From the NCBI GenBank assembly GCA_049841015.1, contig JASGIN010000014.1:517148-581147 (forward strand): 64,000 nucleotides of DNA, in the 5' to 3' direction. The position numbers were made by a program, and so were the translations under genes. The notes beneath the pieces are model-generated. The model did no database searches. It saw only the letters and a program-made list of their open reading frames with translations, and was not told the DNA's origin. Below are positions 28,461 through 39,105 of the stretch, one piece after another (the stretch's first letter is position 1; every line of letters begins with the position of its first letter). The DNA comes from Nocardioides sp. (GTDB lineage Bacteria > Actinomycetota > Actinomycetes > Propionibacteriales > Nocardioidaceae).

Positions 28461-29017
28461 CCGACCCGGCCACGGGCGCCGACGCCGCCGCCGAGGCGCT
28501 GCGGCGCCTCGTGGTCGACGTCCCGGACTTCCCCCAGCCCGGGGTCGTGTTCAAGGACATCACCCGGGTGCTGGCCGATCACACGGCGTTCTCGCTGGTC
28601 GTGGCGGCGCTGGCCGACGCCGGCCGCGACGACGACGGCCAGGTGGTGGTCGACCACGTGGTGGGCATGGAGGCTCGCGGATTCATCCTCGCGGCGCCGG
28701 TGGCGCTGGCGCTCGGCGCCGGACTGGTGCCGGTGCGGAAGGCCGGCAAGCTGCCGCGAGCGACGTACGCCGAGTCCTACTCGCTGGAGTACGGCGAGGC
28801 CACCCTGGAGATGCACCGCGACGCTCTGTCCGCTGGCGACCGGGTCCTGCTCGTCGACGACGTGCTGGCCACCGGAGGCACGATGGCGGCGACCCGGCGA
28901 CTGGTCGAGCACAGCGGGGCCGTGCCGCACGCGGTCGCGGTGCTGATGGACCTGAGCTTCCTGCCGGGGCGCGACGCCGTCGGCGATCTTCCGCTGACCA
29001 GCCTGATGACGGTCTGA
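28457..29017 (+). CDS. apt: Adenine phosphoribosyltransferase
   Basis: PDFPQPGVVFKDIT, EARGF, VRKAGKLP, YSLEYG, VDDVLATGGT. Confidence 0.97.
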   Translation: MTDPATGADAAAEALRRLVVDVPDFPQPGVVFKDITRVLADHTAFSLVVAALADAGRDDDGQVVVDHVVGMEARGFILAAPVALALGAGLVPVRKAGKLPRATYAESYSLEYGEATLEMHRDALSAGDRVLLVDDVLATGGTMAATRRLVEHSGAVPHAVAVLMDLSFLPGRDAVGDLPLTSLMTV

Positions 29018-29057
29018 CCGGAGCCGCGGCCGTCGCGGGCGACCGTAGACTCGGGTC

Positions 29058-31403
29058 ATGACGACCGACGGCAGCATCCCGGTGGCGCAGGAGCGCGCCG
29101 CCGAGCCTGCCCCGGTCCTGCGCCAGACCGACAAGGTCTCCTCCCGGGTGCCGTCGCCGCGGGCGGTGCGTAACCGCCTGGCCCGGATGGGTGGCGGGCG
29201 CAACCAGAACGAGCGCCCCGAGCTCGAGCCGCTGTTCCGGTCGATCCGGGCCAACCACCCGAAGGCCGACCTCGCGCTGATCGAGCGGGCCTATCGCACC
29301 GCCGAGCACCTGCACGGCACCCAGATGCGCAAGAGCGGTGACCGCTACATCACCCACCCGCTGGCGGTCACGACGATCCTGGCCGACATCGGCATGACGG
29401 AGCCGACGCTGGTCGCGGCCCTGCTGCACGACACGGTCGAGGACACGCCGTACACCCTCGACGAGCTGCGCTCCGACTTCGGCGACGAGGTCGCCCAGCT
29501 CGTCGACGGCGTCACCAAGCTCGACAAGGTGCAGTACGGCGAGACGGCGCAGGCCGAGACGATCCGGAAGATGATCGTGGCGATGGCCCGCGACATCCGG
29601 GTGCTGGTCATCAAGCTCGCCGACCGCCTGCACAACATGCGGACGGTCCGCTACGTCAAGCAGTCGACCCAGGAGCGGCAGGCCACCGAGTCGCTCGACG
29701 TCTATGCGCCGTTGGCCCATCGACTCGGCATGAACACGATCAAGTGGGAGCTGGAGGACCTCGCGTTCGCGACGTTGCACCCGAAGATCTACGACGAGAT
29801 CGTGCGCATGGTCGCCGAGCGCGCGCCGTCGCGCGACCAGTTCCTCGCCCAGGTCAAGGAGCAGGTCCAGCAGGATCTCAAGGACGCCAAGGTCAAGGCG
29901 GTGGTCACCGGGCGGCCCAAGCACTACTACTCGATCTACCAGAAGATGATCGTCGGCGGCCGCGAGTTCAGCGACATCTACGACCTGGTGGCGCTGCGGA
30001 TCCTGGTCGAGGAGGACCGCGACTGCTACTCCGCGCTCGGCGTGCTGCATGCGCGCTGGACGCCGGTGCTCGGGCGGTTCAAGGACTACGTCGCGACGCC
30101 GAAGTTCAACATGTACCAGTCGCTGCACACGACCGTGATCGGACCGCAGGGCAAGCCGGTCGAGATGCAGATCCGCACCCAGGCGATGCACCGTCGCGCC
30201 GAGTACGGCGTCGCGGCGCACTGGAAGTACAAGGAGAACCGCCGCAACGGCGTCGACACCGAGCGGCTCGGGGACCTGGAGGACATGAACTGGGTCCGCC
30301 AGCTCCTCGACTGGCAGAGCGAGGTCGAGGACCCGGGGGAGTTCCTCGAGTCACTGCGCTTCGAGATCAACCGCGCCGAGGTCTACGTCTTCACCCCGCG
30401 CGGCGACGTGATCGCGCTGCCGGTCGGGGCGACGCCGGTCGACTTCGCCTACGCGGTGCACACCGAGGTGGGCCACCACACGATCGGCGCCCGGGTGAAC
30501 GGGCGGCTGGTGCCGCTGGAGTCGACGCTCGACAACTCCGACGTGGTCGAGATCTTCACCTCGAAGGCGCCGACCGCCGGTCCGTCGCGGGACTGGCTCG
30601 GCTTCGTGAAGTCGCAGCGCGCGCGCTCGAAGATCAAGCAGTGGTTCACCAAGGAGCGGCGCGAGGAGGCGATCGAGCGCGGCAAGGACCAGATCGCCAA
30701 GCTCATGCGCAAGGAGGGCCAGTCCCTCAAGCGGGTCCTCTCGCACGAGTCGCTGACCCTCGCGGCCAACCACTTCCGCCTCGCGGACGTGTCGGCGCTG
30801 TACGCCGCCGTCGGCGAGGGCAACCTGAGCGCCCAGGCCGTCGTACGCCGGGTGATCGAGCTGCACGGCGGCGAGGCCGGTGCCCAGGAGGACCTCGCGG
30901 AGGCCGTCAGCATCACAGCCCCGCGCGCCCGGTCGAAGGTCTCGTCGTCGGCGGGTGACTCCGGGGTCATCGTCAAGGGCGCCCAGGACGTGTGGGTCAA
31001 GCTCGCCCGCTGCTGCACTCCGGTCCCCCCGGACGCGATCCTCGGCTTCGTGACGAAGGGCGGAGGTGTGTCGGTGCACCGGCGCGACTGCACCAACGCC
31101 GCCGAGCTCGAGCGGCAGCCCGAGCGGCTGCTGGAGGTCGAGTGGGCGCCCAACGTGCACTCGACGTTCCTGGTCAACATCCAGGTCGAGGCGATCGACC
31201 GCGCCCGGCTGCTGTCCGACATCACGATGGCGCTGTCCGACGCGCACGTGAACATCCTCAGCGCCACCCTCTCCACCACCCGCGACCGCGTGGCCAAGAG
31301 CCGCTTCACCTTCGAGATGGCCGAGGCCAAGCACCTCGACACCGTCCTCCGCGCCGTCCGCGGTGTCCCCGGCGTCTTCGACGCCTACCGCGTCACCCAG
31401 TAG
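29058..31403 (+). CDS. rel: Bifunctional (p)ppGpp synthetase/hydrolase Rel
   Basis: HD domain (LLHDTVED), [39 protein letters not shown] (CC...HRRDC) and ACT domains. Confidence 0.97.
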   Translation: MTTDGSIPVAQERAAEPAPVLRQTDKVSSRVPSPRAVRNRLARMGGGRNQNERPELEPLFRSIRANHPKADLALIERAYRTAEHLHGTQMRKSGDRYITHPLAVTTILADIGMTEPTLVAALLHDTVEDTPYTLDELRSDFGDEVAQLVDGVTKLDKVQYGETAQAETIRKMIVAMARDIRVLVIKLADRLHNMRTVRYVKQSTQERQATESLDVYAPLAHRLGMNTIKWELEDLAFATLHPKIYDEIVRMVAERAPSRDQFLAQVKEQVQQDLKDAKVKAVVTGRPKHYYSIYQKMIVGGREFSDIYDLVALRILVEEDRDCYSALGVLHARWTPVLGRFKDYVATPKFNMYQSLHTTVIGPQGKPVEMQIRTQAMHRRAEYGVAAHWKYKENRRNGVDTERLGDLEDMNWVRQLLDWQSEVEDPGEFLESLRFEINRAEVYVFTPRGDVIALPVGATPVDFAYAVHTEVGHHTIGARVNGRLVPLESTLDNSDVVEIFTSKAPTAGPSRDWLGFVKSQRARSKIKQWFTKERREEAIERGKDQIAKLMRKEGQSLKRVLSHESLTLAANHFRLADVSALYAAVGEGNLSAQAVVRRVIELHGGEAGAQEDLAEAVSITAPRARSKVSSSAGDSGVIVKGAQDVWVKLARCCTPVPPDAILGFVTKGGGVSVHRRDCTNAAELERQPERLLEVEWAPNVHSTFLVNIQVEAIDRARLLSDITMALSDAHVNILSATLSTTRDRVAKSRFTFEMAEAKHLDTVLRAVRGVPGVFDAYRVTQ

Positions 31404-31409
31404 CGCATT

Positions 31410-31478
31410 CCGGATACTTCGCAGCGTTTCGCACGTTCCACCCGTGCATTTGGGTGCCTTTTGCTGCGAACTATCCGG
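31410..31478. repeat. Palindromic REP-like element, copy 2
   Basis: ccggatacttcgcagc ... gctgcgaactatccgg (one mismatch), with inner gcac/gtgc arms. Confidence 0.85.
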
Positions 31479-31583
31479 TAGGAAGAGCCGTGAACTCTCC
31501 ACAGGGAACGGGGTCGGGGAGGCTGTCCACAGGGCTGAGCGGAGCGTCGACGCGTCGAGTCTGGTGATGGCGATGCTCGGTGG

Positions 31584-32580
31584 GTGGAGGGGGAGTGGTC
31601 GCCGGTCTGCCAGATGCCCGGGGGTCTGGTCGCCCCGGTCCGCGTCGATCCGTCGGGAGTCACCGGACCGACCCGACGGCAGGCCTCAGGGCCCCGCTGG
31701 CGACGCACCTCCTCGGCGCGCTACGTCCCCAGTGATGTCGACGGCTCGTTGGTGGAGCAGCACATCCTCGAACAAGCCTCCCGTCTGCCCGGGTACGGCG
31801 CGATCACGGCTTGGGCGTCGCTGCGCTGGCAAGGGGCGGCCTACTTCGATGGGCGCGCGCAGCCCGGTGGCGAGCTCCTCCCCGTACCTCTGCGCATCGG
31901 TGAGCACATGCTGCGCGCGGACCCGCGCATCGTGATCAGCCGAGGCGGGCTCGCCAAGGATGACCGCCGCGTCGTCCATGGCGTCTCGTGCACCACCTGG
32001 CAGCGGGCGCTGTTCGACGAGATCGTCCGGCTCGGGTCGTTACGTCCCGGTGTGGTGGCGCGCGGACATGGTCTGGGCCGCCGGGATGGGCAGCTCCGCC
32101 GGCTTCTGGGACTACCTCGAACGCGTGCGTCCTCGCAACGGCGTCGTGCTCTGCAGGGAGGTCGTCAGATTGGCTCGCGAGACCAGCCGCTCTCCGCAAG
32201 AGGCGTGGATGCGGCTGTGCTGGATGTTGGATGCCGGGCTGCCGGAGCCACTCGGCAATGTGCCGGTGTTCGATCGACACGGTGAGCTGCTCGGCGTCCC
32301 AGATCTCCTCGACCCTGTCGCAGGCGTGGTCGGGGAGTACCAAGGGGCCATCCACCGGAACGTCGCTCGCCATCGCAGCGACATCGACCGTGAGGAGCGC
32401 TTCCGCTCCCATGGCCTGGAGTACTTCGAGGTCGTCGCCGGCCAGCTCTCCGACTTCCGGACAGCGACCCGCATGCGCGAGGTCCGGAGACGCGCGCGCT
32501 TCCTGGACCCGGACGAGCGCTGCTGGACCCTGGAGCAACCCGCCTGGTGGGTCGCTCGAGAAGCCCGGCGAGCCTCCTGA
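31584..32580 (+). pseudogene. AbiEi-like/DUF559-like PD-(D/E)xK nuclease family protein; +1 frameshift at about 32061, about 331 aa if corrected
   Basis: N-terminal GPTRRQASGPRWRRTS and GAITAWASLRWQG. C-terminal SPQEAWMRL, GLPEP, PDLLD...GEYQGAIH, REERF...GL, the Vsr/DUF559-like layout. The two ORFs join at VVA-ADM. Confidence 0.65.
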
Positions 32581-32585
32581 CGGGT

Positions 32586-32650
32586 GGATACTTCGCAGCG
32601 TTAGGCACCTGATCGCGGCCAAATGAGGTGCCAAATGCTGCGAAGTATCC
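32586..32650. repeat. Palindromic REP-like element, copy 3
   Basis: ggatacttcgcagc ... gctgcgaagtatcc perfect 14-bp arms, with inner ggcacc/ggtgcc. Confidence 0.88.
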
Positions 32651-32659
32651 GTCCCGGGC

Positions 32660-33886
32660 TCAGCTGTAGTCGGCGGAGGCGCGCTGGGCCATCTCGAGGA
32701 AGGCGCGGCGGGAGGCGAGGTTCTCCTCGAGGTCGGCGACCTTCTTCTGGTCACCGGCCGCGCGGGCCTTCTCCAGGTCTGCCTCGACCTTGCCGATGGC
32801 GTCGTGGAGCTTGGCCACCATGTCGTCGGCGCGCGCGGACTTCTCCGGGTCGGTGCGCCGCCACTTGTCCTCCTCGATGCTGCGGATCGCCTGCTCCACC
32901 GCGCGCATCCGGTCCTCGAGGGGGCGGATCTTCTCCCGGGGCACCTTGCCGATGGCGTCCCAGCGCTCGGCGATGTCGCGGATGGCTGCCTTGGCCGAGC
33001 CGACGTCGGTGACCGGGACCAGCGCCTCGGCCTCGACCAGCAGCTTCTCCTTGGCCTCGGCGTTCGCGGCGAACTCGCTGTCCTGCGCCGCCATCGCCTC
33101 GTCCCGCGCGCCGAAGAACGTGTCCTGGGCGGCGCGGAACCTGGTCCACAGCTCGTCCTCGACCTCGCGCGGCGCCGGACCCGCGGCCTTCCACTGCCGC
33201 ATCAGCTCGCGGTAGGAGCCGGACGTCGGCCCCCACTCGCGCGAGTTCGCCAGCGACTCGGCGTCCTTGACCAGTCGCTGCTTGACCACGCGGGCGCTCT
33301 CGCGCTTCTCGTTCTGCTCGGCGAAGTGCGTCTTGCGCCGCCGGGTGTACGACGTGCGCGCGGTCGAGAACCTGCGCCACAGCTGGTCGTCGGCGGACCG
33401 GTCGATGCGCGGGAGCGCCTTCCACTCGTCGAGGAGCTGGCGCAGCCGGTTGGCGCCGTTGCGCCAGTCGTTGCTCTCGGCGAGCTTCTCGGCCTCGGTG
33501 ACCAGTCGCTCCTTCTCCGACTTGGCCGCCGCGGACTTCTCCGCCCGCTCGGCGCGTCGGGCCTGGCGCTGCTGGGAGATGACCGGGAGCAGGGAGTCGA
33601 GTCTCCCGACCAGCCCGGTGAGGTCGCCGACGGCGTTCGCCTCGACGACCTGGGTGCGCAGACCGCGCACGGACTCGGTCGCCTCGTCGGGGGACAGCAC
33701 GGCCGCGGTCACCCGCTGCTCGAGCAGGTGCACGGTGCCGGCCAGCTCGTCGTACCTCTTGGCGAAGAAGGCCAGGGCGTCCTCGGGCGTGCCCTCGGGG
33801 TACTGCCCGACGGCCCGCTCGCCGTCGGGGACGCGCACGTAGACGGTCCCGTCCTCGGCGACGCGTCCCCACTCGCTCGTCGTCAC
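32660..33886 (-). CDS. DUF349 domain-containing protein
   Basis: SEWGRVAEDGTVYVR, three helical repeats of type KxxLxxEAExL...WKxxG...DxLWxRF. Usual position between rel and hisS. Confidence 0.9.
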   Translation of the reverse strand: MTTSEWGRVAEDGTVYVRVPDGERAVGQYPEGTPEDALAFFAKRYDELAGTVHLLEQRVTAAVLSPDEATESVRGLRTQVVEANAVGDLTGLVGRLDSLLPVISQQRQARRAERAEKSAAAKSEKERLVTEAEKLAESNDWRNGANRLRQLLDEWKALPRIDRSADDQLWRRFSTARTSYTRRRKTHFAEQNEKRESARVVKQRLVKDAESLANSREWGPTSGSYRELMRQWKAAGPAPREVEDELWTRFRAAQDTFFGARDEAMAAQDSEFAANAEAKEKLLVEAEALVPVTDVGSAKAAIRDIAERWDAIGKVPREKIRPLEDRMRAVEQAIRSIEEDKWRRTDPEKSARADDMVAKLHDAIGKVEADLEKARAAGDQKKVADLEENLASRRAFLEMAQRASADYS

Positions 33887-33997
33887 TGTGTCCTCTTCGG
33901 TCCGTCCTCGTCGCTGCGCCGACCCGGGCAACGCCCCATGCTAGGGCGCCGGAGCACCGATTCCATCACGGTGGTGCGCGGTCGATAGTCTGCCGTG

Positions 33998-34708
33998 GTG
34001 CTGATCGCCGGGTTCCCAGCAGGGTCGTGGGCCGCGAACTGCTACGTCGTCGCGACCGGCCCCGGCGCCGAGTGCGTCGTCGTCGATCCGGGCCAGGACG
34101 CCGCGGGGGGTGTGGACGAGATCGTCCGCGAACGCCGTCTCAAGCCGGTCGCCGTCCTGCTGACGCACGGCCACGTCGACCACATGTGGTCGGTGACGCC
34201 GGTGGCCGGCGCCTACGACGCGACCGCGTGGATCCACCCGGACGACCGGCACCTCCTGGCCGACCCGATGGCGGGGATCTCCCGCGAGAGCGCGGCGATG
34301 CTGCTCGGCGGACGCTACGAGTTCGTCGAGCCGGACGACGTCGCGGAGCTCGCCGACGGCCAGAGACTCGAGCTGGCCGGCCTCGAGGTGGTCGTCGACC
34401 ACACGCCCGGTCACACGGCCGGCTCGGTGACCTTCCGGACGCCGTACGCCCAAGACGAGGTCTCGGAGGTGATGTTCTCGGGCGACCTGCTCTTCGCCGG
34501 GTCCATCGGGCGCACCGACCTCCCGGGCGGCGACCATCCGACGATGCTGCGCACCCTGCGCGACAAGGTGCTGACCCTTCCCGACGACGTCGTCGTGCTC
34601 CCGGGCCATGGCGGTCAGACCTCGATCGGCCAGGAGCGACGTGCCAATCCCTTCCTGCTCGAGCTGGCCGGTGGCGATTCCGCCGGCCGCGTGACCCGAG
34701 GACTCTGA
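33998..34708 (+). CDS. MBL-fold metallo-hydrolase (glyoxalase II-like)
   Basis: LLTHGHVDH, HTPGHTAGS, GDLLFAGSIGRTD, PGHG. GTG 33998 is 6 nt after a TAGTCT -10; 33995 is an alternative start. Confidence 0.92.
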   Translation: MLIAGFPAGSWAANCYVVATGPGAECVVVDPGQDAAGGVDEIVRERRLKPVAVLLTHGHVDHMWSVTPVAGAYDATAWIHPDDRHLLADPMAGISRESAAMLLGGRYEFVEPDDVAELADGQRLELAGLEVVVDHTPGHTAGSVTFRTPYAQDEVSEVMFSGDLLFAGSIGRTDLPGGDHPTMLRTLRDKVLTLPDDVVVLPGHGGQTSIGQERRANPFLLELAGGDSAGRVTRGL

Positions 34709-34711
34709 CCC

Positions 34712-36121
34712 ATGGCCAGACCCACGCCGCTGAGCGGCTATCCCGAGCTCCTGCCCGCAGCCAGGGCCGTGGAGCGCGAGACGATCGCCTCCCTCTCGCG
34801 CACGTTCGAGCTGTACGGGTTCGCCAACATCGAGACCCGCGTGGTCGAGCCGCTGGACCGCCTGGCCAAGGGTGGTGAGGTCGACAAGGAGATCTACCTC
34901 CTGCGCCGTCTCCAGGCCTCCGACGACTCGGGGAGCGCCGATGACGGCTCGGACCGCCAGCTCGGGCTGCACTTCGACCTCACGGTCCCCTTCGCCCGCT
35001 ATGTCCTGGAGAACGCTGGCCACCTCGAGTTCCCGTTCCGTCGCTACCAGATCCAGCCGTGCTGGCGGGGGGAGCGCCCTCAGGAGGGCCGCTACCGCCA
35101 GTTCACGCAGGCCGACATCGACGTCGTCGGGAAGGACGAGCTCCCGTTCCACCACGACGTCGAGGTCATGCGCGTGATGGTGCAGGCCCTCGGTGAGCTC
35201 CCGCTGCCGCCGCTGTCCTTCCAGGTCAACAACCGCAAGCTGATCCAGGGCTTCTACCAGGGGCTCGGGATCCCCGACGTCACCGAGGCGATCCGGCAGA
35301 TCGACAAGCTCGACAAGCTGCCCGAGGACGCCGTCGTGGAGCTCCTCGTCGAGAAGGCCGACGCGTCGCCCGACCAGGCGCGCCGCTGCCTGGAGCTGGC
35401 CACCATCCGGGTCTCCGACCGCTCGCTGCTGGAGCGCGTCCGTGCCCTGGGCGTCAGCGACGACCTGCTCGACCGAGGTCTCGGGGAGCTCGTGTCGGTG
35501 CTCGACGGCTGCGCGGACGTCGTCAGCGAGCACGTGACGGTCGAGGCGAACCTGCGGATCGCGCGCGGGCTCGACTACTACACCGGCACCGTCGTCGAGA
35601 TCTACATGGAGGGCTACGAGCGACTGAAGGCCGTGGGCGGTGGCGGCCGCTACGACGCGCTCGCAGACGACGGCCGGTCGACGTACCCAGGCGTGGGGAT
35701 CTCGTTCGGACTCTCGCGCGCGCTGGTCCCGCTGATCGCCGAGGGGGTGCTCAGCGGGAGCCGAGCCGTGCCCAGCGCCGTGCTCGTCGCGCTCGCGGAC
35801 GACGAGAGCCGCCCGGCCAGCGAGCGCATCGCCAGCGCCCTGCGAGCCCGGGGCATCCCGTGCGAGGTGGCCGCGACGCCCCAGAAGTACGGCCGCCAGA
35901 TCCGGTACGCCGAGCGCCGCGGCATCCCCTACGTCTGGTTCCCGGGCTCGGGCGACGCCGGCGGGACCCGCGACCCAGGCGACCCGGGCGACGAGGTGAA
36001 GGACATCCGGTCCGGCGAGCAGGTGGCCGCCGACGCAGCGACCTGGATGCCGCCGGAGCAGGACCTGCGACCCCACACGGTGGTCGCCACAGGCCAGGAC
36101 GACGAGAGGCAGACGCAGTGA
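34712..36121 (+). CDS. hisS: Histidine--tRNA ligase
   Basis: [45 protein letters not shown]. Confidence 0.97.
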   Translation: MARPTPLSGYPELLPAARAVERETIASLSRTFELYGFANIETRVVEPLDRLAKGGEVDKEIYLLRRLQASDDSGSADDGSDRQLGLHFDLTVPFARYVLENAGHLEFPFRRYQIQPCWRGERPQEGRYRQFTQADIDVVGKDELPFHHDVEVMRVMVQALGELPLPPLSFQVNNRKLIQGFYQGLGIPDVTEAIRQIDKLDKLPEDAVVELLVEKADASPDQARRCLELATIRVSDRSLLERVRALGVSDDLLDRGLGELVSVLDGCADVVSEHVTVEANLRIARGLDYYTGTVVEIYMEGYERLKAVGGGGRYDALADDGRSTYPGVGISFGLSRALVPLIAEGVLSGSRAVPSAVLVALADDESRPASERIASALRARGIPCEVAATPQKYGRQIRYAERRGIPYVWFPGSGDAGGTRDPGDPGDEVKDIRSGEQVAADAATWMPPEQDLRPHTVVATGQDDERQTQ

Positions 36122-37902
36122 TCCGCACCCATGACGCCGGCACCCTGACCGCCGCCGACGAGGGCACGCAGGTGACGCTCGCCGGCTGGGTCGCACGGCG
36201 CCGCGACCACGGCGGGGTGGCGTTCATCGACCTGCGTGAGGCCAGCGGCGTCGCCCAGGTCGTGATCCGTGACGAGGAGGTCGCCCACAGCCTGCGCAGC
36301 GAGTTCTGCCTCGAGGTCACCGGCACCGTCCGGCTGCGTCCCGAGGGCAATGCCAACCCGGGCATCCCCTCGGGAGAGATCGAGGTGATCGCCGACCGCG
36401 TGACCGTGCTGAGCCCCAGCGCGCCGTTGCCGTTCCCGGTCGACGACGCCAGCACGCACAAGGGCGGGGACGTCGGCGAGGAGGCGCGGCTGCGCCACCG
36501 CTACCTCGACCTGCGGCGCGCGGGACCCGCCTCGGCGATCCGCCTGCGTAGCAAGGTCAACAAGGCCGCACGCGACGTGCTCGACTCACACGGGTTCGTC
36601 GAGATCGAGACCCCGACCCTGACCCGGTCGACACCCGAGGGTGCCCGTGACTTCCTCGTGCCCGCTCGGCTGCAGCCCGGGAGCTGGTACGCGCTGCCAC
36701 AGAGCCCGCAGCTGTTCAAGCAGCTGCTCATGGTGGCCGGCATGGAGCGCTACTACCAGATCGCGCGCTGCTACCGCGACGAGGACTTCCGGGCCGACCG
36801 CCAGCCGGAGTTCACCCAGCTCGACATCGAGATGAGCTTCGTCGACCAGGACGACGTGCTGTCGGTCGCCGAGGACGTCCTCGTCGCGCTGTGGAGCCTG
36901 ATCGGGCACGACGTCCCGGTCCCGCTGCCGCGGATGACGTACGCCGAGGCGATGGCCCGCTTCGGCACCGACAAGCCCGACCTCCGGATGGGCCTGGAGC
37001 TGGTCGACTGCACGGCGTACTTCTCCGAGACGGAGTTCCGGGTCTTCCAGGCTCCCTACGTCGGCGCCGTCGTGATGCCCGGGGGAGCCGACCAGCCGCG
37101 CCGGCAGTTCGACGCCTGGCAGGAGTGGGCCAAGCAGCGCGGTGCGCGCGGGCTGGCCTACGTCACCATCGGCGCCGACGGCGAGCTCGGCGGCCCGGTG
37201 GCGAAGAACCTGAGCGACTCCGAGCGCGCGGGGCTTGCCGCCCACACCGGTGCGAGCCCCGGCGACTGCGTGTTCTTCGCGGCCGGCCCGGTCAAGTCGA
37301 GCCGGGCGCTCCTGGGCGCGGCCCGCTTGGAGATCGGACGTCGTGGCGGCCTCATCGACGAGGACGCCTGGCAGTTCCTATGGGTCGTCGACGCCCCGCT
37401 GTTCGAGCCCGCCGGCGACGCCACCGCGGCGGGAGACGTCGCCGTGGGGAGCGGGGCCTGGACGGCGGTCCACCACGCGTTCACCTCGCCGCAGGACCTC
37501 ACGACGTTCGACCAGGACCCGGCCCACGCGCTGGCCTGGGCCTACGACATCGTGTGCAACGGCAACGAGATCGGCGGGGGCTCGATCCGTATCCACCGCA
37601 GCGACATCCAGAAGCGTGTGTTCGCCGTGATGGGCCTCGCCGAGGAAGAGGCGCAGGAGAAGTTCGGTTTCCTGCTCGAGGCCTTCCAGTACGGCGCGCC
37701 GCCGCACGGTGGCATCGCCTTCGGGTGGGACCGGATCGTCGCCCTGCTCTCGCACTCGGACTCGATCCGCGACGTCATCGCCTTCCCGAAGTCCGGCGGA
37801 GGTTACGATCCGCTCACCTCGGCGCCGGCTCCGATCACCGCTGCGCAGCGTCGCGAGGCAGGCGTGGACGCTCCGTTGGATCGGTCCAAATCCCGAGACT
37901 GA
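36118..37902 (+). CDS. aspS: Aspartate--tRNA ligase
   Basis: [65 protein letters not shown] 36118. Confidence 0.98.
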   Translation: MIRTHDAGTLTAADEGTQVTLAGWVARRRDHGGVAFIDLREASGVAQVVIRDEEVAHSLRSEFCLEVTGTVRLRPEGNANPGIPSGEIEVIADRVTVLSPSAPLPFPVDDASTHKGGDVGEEARLRHRYLDLRRAGPASAIRLRSKVNKAARDVLDSHGFVEIETPTLTRSTPEGARDFLVPARLQPGSWYALPQSPQLFKQLLMVAGMERYYQIARCYRDEDFRADRQPEFTQLDIEMSFVDQDDVLSVAEDVLVALWSLIGHDVPVPLPRMTYAEAMARFGTDKPDLRMGLELVDCTAYFSETEFRVFQAPYVGAVVMPGGADQPRRQFDAWQEWAKQRGARGLAYVTIGADGELGGPVAKNLSDSERAGLAAHTGASPGDCVFFAAGPVKSSRALLGAARLEIGRRGGLIDEDAWQFLWVVDAPLFEPAGDATAAGDVAVGSGAWTAVHHAFTSPQDLTTFDQDPAHALAWAYDIVCNGNEIGGGSIRIHRSDIQKRVFAVMGLAEEEAQEKFGFLLEAFQYGAPPHGGIAFGWDRIVALLSHSDSIRDVIAFPKSGGGYDPLTSAPAPITAAQRREAGVDAPLDRSKSRD

Positions 37903-38042
37903 ATCGTTACCTCGGGGGGCGTAGAAATCACTTGACGGTCATCTAGAGTCCATCCCGGTCCAGATGCCGTGACCTGCCTCACCCGGCCGCGAACGCGCTG
38001 GGCTGCGGCCACGGACGAACTTCTTGGCACGAGAGGACGAGC

Positions 38043-39062
38043 ATGAGCGTCACCGAGCTTGCCGAAGCCACACCAGTAGGCTCCGCCGAGGCCCCCGAGG
38101 GTCAGAAGCTCGCCGGTCGGTCCCCGACCCAGATCGCTCTTGCGAGACTCCGCAAGGACAAGGTCGCCGTCATCTGCTCGGCCATCGTCGCGCTGATGGT
38201 GCTGGCCGCCGTCCTGGCGCCGATCATCACGCACCTGATGAAGATCTACCCCACGGCGCAGACGATCCCGTACCAGCCCTACGACATGCTGTCGTTCAAC
38301 GGCGACCAGCTGCCGATCCACGGCCCGCCGGACCACGGCTTCTGGGGAGCGCACCCGCTGGGCCTGGCGCCCAGGACGGCCGTCGACAACCTGGCGAACC
38401 TGCTCTACGGGCTCCGCACCGACCTGCTGATCGCCACCACGGCCACCGTCATCAGCACCGTGATCGGCGTCGTGCTCGGTCTCATGGCCGGCTTCTCCCG
38501 CGGCTGGCTCGACCGGATCATCATGTTCCTGACCGACCTCTTCCTGTCGTTCCCCTTCCTGCTGGGCGCGCTGGCCATGGCGCCGATCATCACCCAGCGC
38601 TTCGGTCACAGCGACAACCTCGACCGATTGGCGAAGGCACAGCTGATCGCGCTGATGCTGATCCTGTCGTTCTTCTACTGGATGCCGCTGACCCGTCTGA
38701 TCCGTGGCCAGGTCCTCTCCTTGCGCGAGCGCGAGTTCGTCCAGGCCGCGCAGGTGATGGGCGTCCCGACCAGACGCATCCTGTTCAAGGAGCTGCTGCC
38801 CAACCTGGTCGCTCCGATCGTGGTGGCGACGTCGCTGACGTTGCCGGGCCTGATCACGGCGGAGGCAGGTCTGTCCTTCCTCGGCATCGGCGTGACCGAG
38901 ATGCCGTCGCTCGGCCAGACGATCTACCTCGCGCAGAGCTACTGGCAGACCTACCCGCTGTACCTGTGGGCCCCCGTTCTCACGATCACCATCCTGGTGG
39001 TCACCCTCAACCTCGTCGGCGACTCCATCCGTGACGCCTTCGACCCCCGAACTCGCCGGTGA
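38043..39062 (+). CDS. Peptide ABC transporter permease (OppC/BldKA-like)
   Basis: HPLGLAP, SLREREFVQAAQVMG (EAA loop), LLPNL, EAGLSFLGIG, NLVGDSIRDAFDPR. Confidence 0.93.
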   Translation: MSVTELAEATPVGSAEAPEGQKLAGRSPTQIALARLRKDKVAVICSAIVALMVLAAVLAPIITHLMKIYPTAQTIPYQPYDMLSFNGDQLPIHGPPDHGFWGAHPLGLAPRTAVDNLANLLYGLRTDLLIATTATVISTVIGVVLGLMAGFSRGWLDRIIMFLTDLFLSFPFLLGALAMAPIITQRFGHSDNLDRLAKAQLIALMLILSFFYWMPLTRLIRGQVLSLREREFVQAAQVMGVPTRRILFKELLPNLVAPIVVATSLTLPGLITAEAGLSFLGIGVTEMPSLGQTIYLAQSYWQTYPLYLWAPVLTITILVVTLNLVGDSIRDAFDPRTRR

Positions 39063-39105
39063 TCGGTTCACCGGGAGAAATGAAGAACCACGGAAAGGGT
39101 GGGCT

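Noticed and set aside
15315-32650. Repeated palindromes as a possible CRISPR array or IS ends
   Set aside because: Only three dispersed copies, no repeat-spacer periodicity, no cas genes, no recognisable transposase, and no clear target-site duplication.
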